The notes under the pieces are model-generated. The model was not told the DNA's origin. It did not search any database and saw nothing but the letters and a program-made list of their open reading frames with translations. Of a DNA stretch of 64,000 bases, positions 11,309 through 20,932 are shown in pieces. The number at the start of each line of letters is the position of its first letter. The stretch's first letter is position 1. Position numbers and translations under genes: made by a program. Origin of the DNA: an uncultured Gemmatimonadaceae bacterium (GTDB taxonomy: Bacteria > Gemmatimonadota > Gemmatimonadetes > Gemmatimonadales > Gemmatimonadaceae); NCBI GenBank assembly GCA_963761305.1, contig CAVXGK010000002.1:1920001-1984000 (forward strand), in the 5' to 3' direction.

Positions 11309-12514
11309 TCAACTCCTGAACAATTCGCTCCGCCGCGCAGCCATCATCTCTCGGAACGGTCGGAAGAACGTGCGTAGGTCGTTCACGAGCAGCTCGGGCT
11401 CTTCGAGGGCCGCGAAATGTCCGCCGCGCGGCATCGCCGTCCACTGCTGCACGTTGAAGAATCGTTCGGCCCACTCTCGTGGCGGCGTGGAAAGGTCCTT
11501 GGGGAACAGGGCAAACGCGGCCGGCACGTCGTCCGACCCCTTCCATTCGTTCACCTTCTGCCGAATCCAGGTCATCGCCCCGGCTTGCGTAACGTCGTAG
11601 TACGGGAGAAACGACGAGTTGATCGTTCCGGTGACCCAGTACAGCATGACGTTGGCGAGCAGTTCGTCTTTGGAGAACGCGCGTTCGACGTCGCCGTCGC
11701 AATCGCTCCATCGACGGAACTTTTCAACGATCCACGCGGCGAGTCCCGCCGGTGAGTCGTTCAGCCCCAGGGCGACGACCTGCGGCTGCGTGCCTTGAAC
11801 GAACGCGTACGCTCCCGCGCGCTGCTGAAACTTGCCGATCGCGTCGAGGTAGTCTCGTTCAGTTCGACTCAATCCGCCGGGCGCGGCGAGGGCGTGAAAG
11901 AACGGAACGTCGGTGAGATGCATGCCCAGCACCGCGTCGCTGTGATCGCGAGCGAGAAACTCAGTAATCGTACTCCCCCAATCGCCGCCGTGGGCGACGT
12001 AATGATCGTATCCGAGCACGCGAGTCATCAGGTCGTGCCACAGGTCGCCGACATGGAACAACGACCCGGGTTCTCGCGGCTTGTCAGAGAACGCGTATCC
12101 CGGGAGACTGGGTGCGATGACGTCGAATGCATCCGCCGGATCACCGCCGTGGGCTCCCGGGTCCGTCAACAACGGGATGATCTTGGTGAAGCGAAGAACC
12201 GAGTCCGGAAATCCGTGAGTGAGGATGATCGGAAGCGGATCCGGTCCGTTGCCTCGCTCATGGATGAAATGAATGTTCTGACCGCCGTCGAGCTCGGCGC
12301 GGAAGTTCGCGAAGGCATTGAGCGCCCTCTCCTGCGCTCTCCAGTCGAAGGAGGTCTGCCAGTAGGATACGAGATCGCGCATGAAAGGCACGCTGAGCCC
12401 ATGATCCCAGCCCGAATCGTTGAGGTCGTCGATCCATCGCGTCGCCGACAGACGTCGTCGCAGATCGTCGAGCGTGGATTGCGGAACCTCGATCGTGAAC
12501 GCATTCGCTGACAA
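11309..12514 (-). CDS. Epoxide hydrolase (alpha/beta hydrolase with EHN N-terminal domain)
   Basis: FDWRAQE, HGFP, HGGDWGS nucleophile elbow, GGHFAALEEP. Confidence 0.92.
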   Translation of the reverse strand: MSANAFTIEVPQSTLDDLRRRLSATRWIDDLNDSGWDHGLSVPFMRDLVSYWQTSFDWRAQERALNAFANFRAELDGGQNIHFIHERGNGPDPLPIILTHGFPDSVLRFTKIIPLLTDPGAHGGDPADAFDVIAPSLPGYAFSDKPREPGSLFHVGDLWHDLMTRVLGYDHYVAHGGDWGSTITEFLARDHSDAVLGMHLTDVPFFHALAAPGGLSRTERDYLDAIGKFQQRAGAYAFVQGTQPQVVALGLNDSPAGLAAWIVEKFRRWSDCDGDVERAFSKDELLANVMLYWVTGTINSSFLPYYDVTQAGAMTWIRQKVNEWKGSDDVPAAFALFPKDLSTPPREWAERFFNVQQWTAMPRGGHFAALEEPELLVNDLRTFFRPFREMMAARRSELFRS

Positions 12515-12678
12515 TTTCGGCCTCGGGGTGAAGGAGGCTCGCCTTGCATCGCAGAGCCTGTGCCTCGCCTCGGCAGATTGCCGTGCTCCCGCTGCCGGCC
12601 AAGATTCGGGTGCGTAGCGGGCGATCGAGAGTTGACGTACTTTCGCGCCGCCACCTTCGCTGCCCTTCCCTCTCCCAA

Positions 12679-14238
12679 ATGCGGGATCCGATCAGTCGCC
12701 GCACCTTCAATCAACTCCTTGGCGCCGCGGCCATGAGCCGGGTCCTGCCGCACGCCCAGCTCGGAGCACCGATGCCGACGCACGCTGGAACTGGCGATGC
12801 CATGTCGATGACGCCCACTCTCCATCCGAGTGCGCCGAGCGACGAGTTGTGCACCCTCACGGCGATCGAACTGGCGCAGCGCATTCGCAAGAAACAGGTC
12901 TCGGCGCGCGATGTCATGTCCGCGCACCTCGCACGCATCGAACGCGTGAATCCCAAGATCAACGCCATCGTGACGCTCGTCGCCGACCGCGCGATGGCCG
13001 ACGCGGCGAGAGCGGACGAAAAGCAGGCGCACGGCGATCCACTCGGTCCGCTGCACGGAGTTCCCGTCGCGCACAAGGATCTCGTCCCGACGGCGGGAAT
13101 TCGTACGACGTTTGGTTCACCGTTCTATAAAGACAACGTCCCCACGAAGGATGCGCTCATCGTCACGCGCATCCGCGCCGCGGGCGCGATCACGCTCGGC
13201 AAGACGAACACCCCGGAGTTCGGCGCCGGATCGAACACGTTCAATCCCGTGTTCGGCGCGACGCACAACCCGTACAACCTCGTGAAGACCGTCGGCGGCA
13301 GCAGCGGCGGCGCCGCGGCGGCGCTCACGACCGGCATGGTACCGATCGCCGACGGAAGCGACACCGGCGGCTCGCTCCGCAACCCGGCAGCATGGAACAA
13401 CGTCGTCGGCTTTCGCCCGTCGCCGGGGCGAGTGCCGCACGAGGACGGCACCTGGTCGCCGCTCTCGACGGGCGGACCGATGGCCCGCACCGTCGCCGAC
13501 GTCGCGCTCTTTCTCAGCACCATCGCCGGCGCTCACCCGAACGATCCGCTCGCGCTCGACGAGGATCCCGCGCGCTTCCGCGCGCCGCTCGGCCGGTCCT
13601 TCAAGGGCGTGCGCGTCGCGTGGTTCAAGAACCTCGGCGGACTGCCGTTCGAATCGGAGATCACGCGTGTCGTCAACGCCTGTCGCCCGACGTTCGAACA
13701 GCTCGGCTGCGTCGTCGACGAGGCGGAGCCCGACTTCGCCGGCGTCGGCGAGGCCTTTCCCGTGCTGAGACATCTCTCATACCACTCGAGCTACGCCGCG
13801 CTCGCGCGCGAGCATCCCGATCTCGTGAAGGCCACGGTGAAATGGGAGATCGCCGAAGCGGAGCGAAACACCGGCGCCGACGTTGCGCACGCATCGGCAC
13901 GACAGGCGAAGATGTATCACGACACGGCGGAGTTCTTTCAGAAATACGAGTACTTCGTGCTGCCGGTGACGCAGGTCGAGCCGTTCGACAGCTCGACCGA
14001 GTATCCGACGTCGATCGCCGGCGTCGCCATGCCGACGTACATCGACTGGATGCGTTCGTGCTGGTACGTGACGTTCATGGCCAACCCGGCGATTTCGGTG
14101 CCGGCGGGCTTCAGCGCGACCGGGCTGCCGGTCGGGCTACAGGTCGTCGGCCGCCATCGCGCCGATTGGAGCGTGTTGCAGATGGCGCACGCCTTCGAAG
14201 AGGCGGCCGGCTTTGGCAAGCGGAGGCCGGTGGTTTAG
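12679..14238 (+). CDS. Amidase signature family enzyme with probable Tat signal
   Basis: SRRTF twin-arginine; GPLHGVPVAHKD, GKTNTPEFG, GGSSGG, GSDTGGSLRNPA. Confidence 0.92.
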   Translation: MRDPISRRTFNQLLGAAAMSRVLPHAQLGAPMPTHAGTGDAMSMTPTLHPSAPSDELCTLTAIELAQRIRKKQVSARDVMSAHLARIERVNPKINAIVTLVADRAMADAARADEKQAHGDPLGPLHGVPVAHKDLVPTAGIRTTFGSPFYKDNVPTKDALIVTRIRAAGAITLGKTNTPEFGAGSNTFNPVFGATHNPYNLVKTVGGSSGGAAAALTTGMVPIADGSDTGGSLRNPAAWNNVVGFRPSPGRVPHEDGTWSPLSTGGPMARTVADVALFLSTIAGAHPNDPLALDEDPARFRAPLGRSFKGVRVAWFKNLGGLPFESEITRVVNACRPTFEQLGCVVDEAEPDFAGVGEAFPVLRHLSYHSSYAALAREHPDLVKATVKWEIAEAERNTGADVAHASARQAKMYHDTAEFFQKYEYFVLPVTQVEPFDSSTEYPTSIAGVAMPTYIDWMRSCWYVTFMANPAISVPAGFSATGLPVGLQVVGRHRADWSVLQMAHAFEEAAGFGKRRPVV

Positions 14239-14243
14239 AAGTC

Positions 14244-14777
14244 TCAGACCGCCGGTGATTCCGGCGGCGGCGTCGCTCGCCGCTCGTCTTCGGCGGTCGG
14301 CCCTCGTGTGGCGCGATCGATTTGGCGGATCGCACCCATGTGGTACGCGAGGTGCGCAACAGTGCCCGCCGTCCAGCGTGTCTCCTCCTCGCTCATCTCG
14401 CGCGGAGTGCGCAGCACCTCGATCCACGCGTCGGCCTCTCGGCGCAGCGACTCGCGTAGCATCTGCCAGTCGGACTCGGTGACAGTGGGTTTCTTCCAAC
14501 TGGCCGTCCAGTCGGCGTCTTTCCAGGGCGCGACTTCACCTGCGGCCCATCGATTCAGCAGCGAGAGTCCGTACCGCACGTGATCGACGTGCGCGGCGAT
14601 CGTTCCACCGCCGGCGTTGGACGCCGATGCCTCCGCCGCCGAAAGCTTGTCGAGCGAATCGACCAGACCGACGTCGCCGCGGTTGAGGATGTACGTCCCG
14701 AATTTCGGATCCGGCGAGCCGTGCACGAGCTCGCGCATCAGGACGGATAACGTATCCGGAAGCTCGTGTGTATTCAT
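14244..14777 (-). CDS. DinB/YfiT-superfamily protein
   Basis: TIAAHVDHVRY and AHLAYHMGAIRQI His motifs. Confidence 0.8.
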   Translation of the reverse strand: MNTHELPDTLSVLMRELVHGSPDPKFGTYILNRGDVGLVDSLDKLSAAEASASNAGGGTIAAHVDHVRYGLSLLNRWAAGEVAPWKDADWTASWKKPTVTESDWQMLRESLRREADAWIEVLRTPREMSEEETRWTAGTVAHLAYHMGAIRQIDRATRGPTAEDERRATPPPESPAV

Positions 14778-14909
14778 GTTTGAACACTAATGGAGATTTG
14801 TAAAAATCGTGTCCGGTTTGCGTCGGAATTCTCGGACTCTGGAGAACCAACGCCGAGTGCGACCACGCGGCACTCGCGCGACTTCGACGTTCACCGGAGA
14901 ATACTTCAG

Positions 14910-15593
14910 ATGTCGATTCCCACCCAGCTCCGCCGTTCCGTATCGGTCGCGAATTTCGCGGCCGCGGCGGTCGCTCTTGCAATCGTCGCCCGCCCGCTCA
15001 CGCTCCAGGCACAGTATGCCACCGCCGCCGCGGCGGCGCCGAGCATTCAGCCGAACAGCCGTTGGCTCGACGGACTCAAGGCCAAGCACAAACAGTTCTT
15101 CGACAACCCGTCGCCCAACGGCGGCATCGCGCTGGTGCACGTGATGGAGTATTACGACACGTACAACAAAGCGTTTGGCGTGAAGGACGTTGAGGTCAAC
15201 GCGGTCCTCACGTTCTACGGCGGCACGACGTTCTTCGGCCTCAACGATGCCGCGTGGGCCAAGTATCAGCTCGGTGAATTCCTGCAGGAGAACGATCCCG
15301 CCACCGGCAAAGCCGCCACCAAGAATCCTTGGCGCTCGTCGCCGGTGATCCTCGGCCTGACGCTTCCGCCGGCCAGCATCGAGGCGCTCCAGAAGCGCGG
15401 CGCGACGATGATCCTTTGCAACAACGCGCTTGAGATCTTCTCGGGATTGCTCGCCACGAAGCGCGGACTCGATTCGAAGGTGGTGTACGAGGACCTCAAG
15501 GCGAACATTCTCCCCGGTGTGAGCCTCGTGCCGGGAATGGTGATCGCGGTGGAGCAAGCCCAGCGAGCGGGGCTGACGTACCATCGCCAGTAA
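14910..15593 (+). CDS. Exported DsrE-like protein
   Basis: Signal peptide; LQKRGATMILCNNAL and LVPGMVIAVEQAQRAG.TY resemble DsrE/F-like folds; GGAGA upstream. Confidence 0.6.
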   Translation: MSIPTQLRRSVSVANFAAAAVALAIVARPLTLQAQYATAAAAAPSIQPNSRWLDGLKAKHKQFFDNPSPNGGIALVHVMEYYDTYNKAFGVKDVEVNAVLTFYGGTTFFGLNDAAWAKYQLGEFLQENDPATGKAATKNPWRSSPVILGLTLPPASIEALQKRGATMILCNNALEIFSGLLATKRGLDSKVVYEDLKANILPGVSLVPGMVIAVEQAQRAGLTYHRQ

Positions 15594-15676
15594 GCGCGGG
15601 GCCGCGCGGGTCGAGATCGCGGTCCGTTCCCGCATCTCACCCGCGCCGGCGAGGCGTCGCCGGCCCCGCGCCGCCG

Positions 15677-16189
15677 TCAGCCGTCCCTCCGTGTTATCTC
15701 CGGCCTGATCACCTGCAGCGCGAACAGGTATGCGACTCCCGCGCACACGAGGACGACGGTCACGGCCGTCGCGTACACCGCGGCCACCGTCTCCAGCTTG
15801 ATGGCCGCGCTGACCAGTAACACGACGCCGGCCAACCCCTGAATGGTCAACACGACTTTGATGAGGCGCGGAACCGACATTCCGGTGGCGGCGCGTCGCC
15901 GCGCGGGCAACGTGGCGGCGAAGATCAAAATCGGAATCGCCGAGATGGCGCTCGACACGCGCCAGACGACGCCGGCCGGCCACCCGTAGAGGGCAATGAG
16001 CGGCGGCAACAGTGAATCGACGGTGACGACAAATCCGAGCTGGATGTACGACAGCGTGAAGTAGGCGTCGTAGCTCGTCAGCTGGCTCCCCCTCGCCTGC
16101 CGCAGCCCGACGAGGAGAGCCGCGAATCCGACGAACGTGGTCGCCACCATGGCGAGCGTGGCCAGGTACGATGAGGCCTGAACGTCCAT
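15677..16189 (-). CDS. Hypothetical membrane protein (about 5 TM)
   Basis: Hydrophobic helices; ATLAMVATTFVGFAAL start. Confidence 0.7.
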   Translation of the reverse strand: MDVQASSYLATLAMVATTFVGFAALLVGLRQARGSQLTSYDAYFTLSYIQLGFVVTVDSLLPPLIALYGWPAGVVWRVSSAISAIPILIFAATLPARRRAATGMSVPRLIKVVLTIQGLAGVVLLVSAAIKLETVAAVYATAVTVVLVCAGVAYLFALQVIRPEITRRDG

Positions 16190-16298
16190 GCGCGCTCCTT
16201 GCGACCGGTCGCGTCAGCCTAGCATCATGCAAATCGCGCGGCGACGCTCGAAGGCTGCGGCCGGTTGCCCGTGCGAACCCCGGTCACGAGGCAATCTC

Positions 16299-16950
16299 AT
16301 GTGCAATCAGGATCATTGGCACGAGCACGACGCGTTCGGATTCCTCGTCGATGCCCCTGAAATCCACGCGCTGATCGCCGAGGTCGAGCGGCAAGCGAAC
16401 GTCGGCGACCCGGCCGAACGAATCGAGCGGCTCAAGCCGGCCTTTGCTCGACTACTCTCCGCCGACAACTGGCTGCCGCACGAATACACACACGCCGACG
16501 CGACGAGCCGCATGGGCGACGGCATCGGCCAGTACGCGCTTTATCGCGCGGACGATGGCTCACTCTGCCTCTTCGCGCTCGTCGTTCCCCCCGGGGCGTC
16601 CACGCCCGTCCACGACCACCTCGCGTGGGGACTCGTCGGAATCTACCGCGGCGAGCAGCACGAAACGGTCTACCGGCGTCTGGACGACGGCCAAGACGAG
16701 GCGCGCGCGCGCCTCGAGATCTCGAAAGAGCAGACGCTCACACCTGGCGAGTTCTATCCGCTCATCCCGCCGGTGGACGACATCCACTATCGTGCGTACG
16801 ACGTCGGCCGGTCCGTCGATCTCGATCCACCTGCTCGCCAACGACACGGCCTGCGTGTGGCGGCACAAGTTCGATCCCGCGGCGGGAACGGTGACGCCGT
16901 TTCGGTCAGGCTATGCGAACGCGCCGTGCGAGGAGACGAGCGCCGCGTAA
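16299..16950 (+). CDS. Cysteine/3-mercaptopropionate dioxygenase-like cupin; one frameshift near 16790
   Basis: GIGQYALYR, TPVHDHLAWG, DDIH, then VRTTSAGPSISIHLLAND in the shifted frame. Confidence 0.8.
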
Positions 16951-17041
16951 AGATCGTCTCTCGCATCCAGCCGCTCGCTGCCGTACCTTCTCCCATCCCA
17001 CCGAGTAGCGCACCGTCCTCGACGATGAGGTCGCACTGAGC

Positions 17042-20000
17042 TTGGATCTGCGGGCCCAACTCCAAAAAACGCTCGGCGACACGTACCGCCTCGAGCGCGA
17101 ACTCGGCGGCGGCGGGATGAGCCGCGTCTTCGAAGCCGAAGAGCTGCGGCTCAAGCGGAAAGTCGCGATCAAGGTCCTCTCGCCGGAGCTGGCGCAGGGC
17201 CTCTCGCGTGAGCCGCTTCGAGCGCGAGATCCAGACCGCCGCGGCGCTCCAGCAGGCCAACATCGTCCCGGTCCTCTCGGCCGGCGATACCGACGGCCTG
17301 CCGTTCTACACGATGCCCTTCGTCGACGGCGAGTCGCTGCGCGCGCGGCTCGGCCGCGGACCGCTGAGCGCCACCGAGGTCATCGGCGTGCTGCGCGACG
17401 TGTCGCAAGGCGCTCGCGTACGCGCACCGGCAGGGCGTCGTCCATCGCGACATCAAGCCGGACAACGTGCTGCTGTCCGACGGCACCGCGGTCGTCACCG
17501 ACTTCGGCATCGCGAAGGCGATCAGCGCGGCGCGCACGTCGGCGCCCGGGGCGACGCTCACGCAGATCGGCACGTCGATCGGCACGCCGGCCTACATGGC
17601 GCCCGAGCAGGCGGCCGGCGATCCGGACATCGACCATCGCGCCGACATCTACTCGCTCGGTGCGATGGCGTACGAGCTGCTCGCGGGGCGACCCGTCTTC
17701 GCCGACCGTACCGCGCAGCGCATGCTCGCCGCGCACATGGGCGAAGCGCCGCGCCAGATCATCGAGCTTCGCCCCGACGTGCCGGCGCCGCTCGGCGAGC
17801 TGGTGATGCGGTGCTTGGAGAAGGATCCGAAGGATCGTCCGCAGAGCGCGACCGAAATCGTTCGCGTGCTCGAGCAGATCACGAGCGGCGCCGGTATGCA
17901 GGCGATGCCGCCGGTGCTGCTCGGCGGACCGGGCATGCTCCGCAAGGCGCTCGCGATCTACGCCGCCGCGTTCATCGCGGTCGCGATTCTCGCGAAAGCG
18001 GCGATCGTCGGCATCGGGCTGCCCGACTGGGTGTTCCCCGGCTCGCTCATCGTGATGGCGCTCGGCCTGCCGGTGATTCTGTGGACGGGCTACGTGCAGC
18101 GCGTCACGCGACGCGCCGTCACGGCGACGCCGACGTTCACGCCGGGCGGCACGCCGAGCGCCGTGCACGGCACGATGGCGACAATCGCGCTCAAGGCGGC
18201 GCCGCACGTCAGCTGGTATCGCGCGGCAAGAGACGGTGCGTACGCGTTCGGCGTCTTCGTATTGAGCATCGCCGCATTCATGAGCCTTCGCGCGATGGGC
18301 GTCGGTCCGTTCGGAAGCCTCGTAGCATCGGGCAAGCTCAAGTCGAAGGAGCCGCTGCTCATCACCGACTTCCACGTGACCAATGCCGACACGTCGCTCG
18401 GCCGCGTGGTGAGCGACGCGGTGCGCGCGGGACTGTCGCAGTCGTCCGTGCTTTCGCTGATGTCTACCGGGGCGATCGGGCAGGCACTTCAGCTGATGGA
18501 GAAGCCGCCGCTCTCGCGCGTGGACCTCACCCTCGCGCGCCAAGTCGCGCAGCGCGCGGGCGCGAAGGCGATCGTCGACGGCGACGTCACGGGCGTGGGT
18601 AGCGGCTACATCGTCGTGCTTCGCCTCGTGACCGCGGACTCCGGCACCGAACTATGGTCATCGCGCGAAACGGGCGACGGCCCCAAGGGACTGATCGACG
18701 CCACCGACCGATTGACCCGCGAACTGCGCGGAAAGGCCGGCGAATCGCTCAAGAGCGTGCAAGAGGCGGCGCCGTTGGCGGAGGTCACGACGACGTCGCT
18801 CGATGCGCTGCGCAAGTACAGTGAAGGCGCGCGGTACCACGACGTGCTCGCCGATTGGCCGAACGCCATAGCGAAGTTCCGCGAGGCTGTGGCGATCGAC
18901 AGCACCTTCGCCATGGCTTGGCGCAAAATGGGGATGGCTCTCGGAAACGAAGGACGTCCGGTGTCGGAAGTGAACGCCGCGCTCGAGCAGGCGCACCGGC
19001 ACCGCGACCATCTCTCGCCAGACGAGCGCGACTACGAGGAGGCGGGCTACTACATACGGGGACCTGGTGGTGATCGGGCCAAGGGCATCGCGCTCTACGA
19101 GGGACTGATGCGGCACGGCGACCCGACCGCGCCGGTGAACCTCGCCCTTACCTACCTGTCCCGTCGAAATTGGGCAGCCGCCGAATCCACATTCGCCAAA
19201 GCGAGCGGGGCAGCGCACGCGTTCGCCATGTACGAAATCTCGTGGCCGCAGATGAATCTGGGCCATTGGGCGCAAGCAGAGTCGAGCGTGACGGCGGCGG
19301 AACGCGCGTTCCCAGACAATTCGTCCCGGGCGATCGACCGCGCATACCTCCTCTATCACACCGGGGCGCTCGACTCGCTCCAACGCTACCTCGATGCTCT
19401 CCGCCGCAGCCCTCGGACCGACCTTCGCCCCGAGGCATCACTCCAGGCCGGAGACCTTGCACTGGTACAGGGGCGCCTCAAGCGAGGGCTGTCGCTGCTT
19501 ACCGAGAGCACCGCGGAGGCGACCGCTCTCGGGAACGTCTCCAATCTCGTGGCGGACACCGCCGTCGTGATTCGCATCGAGCTCGCGACGCTCGGCGAGT
19601 CGGCGCACGGTGTCGAGCGTCTCGATGCCGTGCTGGCCCGTTCGCCAATCAAGGGAATGGCGCCGGAGGACCGACCGTACTTCAGCGTCGCTCGGACGTT
19701 CGCGCGCCTCGGCCATCCGGAGCGCGCCCGTGCCGTACTCGCCGAGTACGACCGCGACGTGCGCGACACGGCGTACAGACGCGTCCACGAGCCGCAGCTT
19801 CATGGCGCACTCGGGGAGATCGCGCTCGCCGAGAACAAGCCGTCTGAGGCCGTGAGTGAATTTCGTAAGGCCGACACGCAGCCGGACGGTCCGTCCACGG
19901 CGTGTCCCGTATGTCTTCAGGCCAATCTCGCTCGGGCCTTCGACGCGGCGCACCAGTCCGACTCGGCGATCGCGAACTACGAGAGTTTCCTGTCGACGCC

Positions 20001-20253
20001 GTACTACGAGCGCCTCGATACGCCGACCTTCGATGAATTCGCCGATCAGGTGGATCCCGTGTATCTCGCGGGCGTCCGCCGGCGGCTTGGTGAGTTGTAT
20101 GAAGCGAGGGGAGATACAGCGAAGGCGGTAGCGCAGTACCGGGCGTTCGTCGAGCAGTGGAAGAATGCGGATCCTGAGCTTCAGCCGCGCGTTGCGGAAG
20201 TGCGACGGCGGTTAGAGGCGCTTACGCCTGTGGAGAAGTCGCGCCGAGACTGA
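17042..20253 (+). CDS. Ser/Thr protein kinase with TM helices and TPR-rich C-terminus; frameshifts near 17205 and 17408
   Basis: ERELGGGGMSRVF..VAIK (17042), RFEREIQTAAALQQANIVP (17208), HRDIKPDN..DFG..GTPAYMAPEQ (17467 frame), C-terminal W.NADPELQP.V.EVR.RL. Confidence 0.85.
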
Positions 20254-20326
20254 AGCTGTTGCTCACGGCCAAGCTCGCGCGACCATCCAAGAGGCCGACT
20301 CGGCACAATCAACCGCGAACGACTCC

Positions 20327-20866
20327 TTACTTCGGCGGCGGCGCGTACCCCTGGGTCGACAATCGAACGCCCGACGCCTCGTAGCCCTCCGGCGACAAGG
20401 GCTCGACTCCGTTCATGTCGACGAACGCATTGTAGAACTGGAAGAGCGCGATGACCATCGTTGCGAGGTAGACTTCGTCGGGGCTGAGCACCGTCGTCGC
20501 CGCCAATGCGATTTCGTGCCGACGGGCGACATCGTTGTGGCCCGACGATCGCACCAGGCTCCAGAACGCTTCCTCACGGCGCGAGAGCTCCCGCTCCTCG
20601 AGCACGCGGTCGACGGTCTCGCGTCCCAGATACTCCGCGGCGACCGCCGCGTGCGAGCCGATTCAGAAGAGGCAGTGGTTCTCGGTGGACGTCATCGCCG
20701 CCAACAACTCGCGTTCGCCGGGTGACAACGGTCCTGGACCGCGCATCACTTCCTGCGTGAACCGAAGCAGGTGCTCCGACCGCGCAGGGTCGTAGGCGAA
20801 CAACCGGCGCAGATCCGATTGGCCGCTGGCCTGCGGGGTCGTGTCTGTGAAGTGGCGAATGAACAT
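20327..20866 (-). CDS. AhpD/carboxymuconolactone decarboxylase-like peroxidase, probable selenoprotein (179 aa, UGA=Sec at 20663-20665)
   Basis: ORFs 20663..20866 and 20327..20605 share a frame; read-through gives ERELLAAMTSTENHCLF(U)IGSHAAVA, the AhpD ExxxxxxSxxNxCxxCxxxH motif with U at the second Cys. Confidence 0.85.
20636..20651 (-). promoter_or_regulatory. Putative bacterial SECIS element
   Basis: mRNA: UGA + 11 nt (AUCGGCUCGCA) + CGCGGC-GGUC-GCCGCG stem-loop with a G/GU-containing apical loop. Confidence 0.75.
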
Positions 20867-20932
20867 GCGGCGCGTGGGAAGACGGGCTCGGCTCGCACCA
20901 ACCTACGCCGCGCGCAGGCGGCGTCCAGCCGG

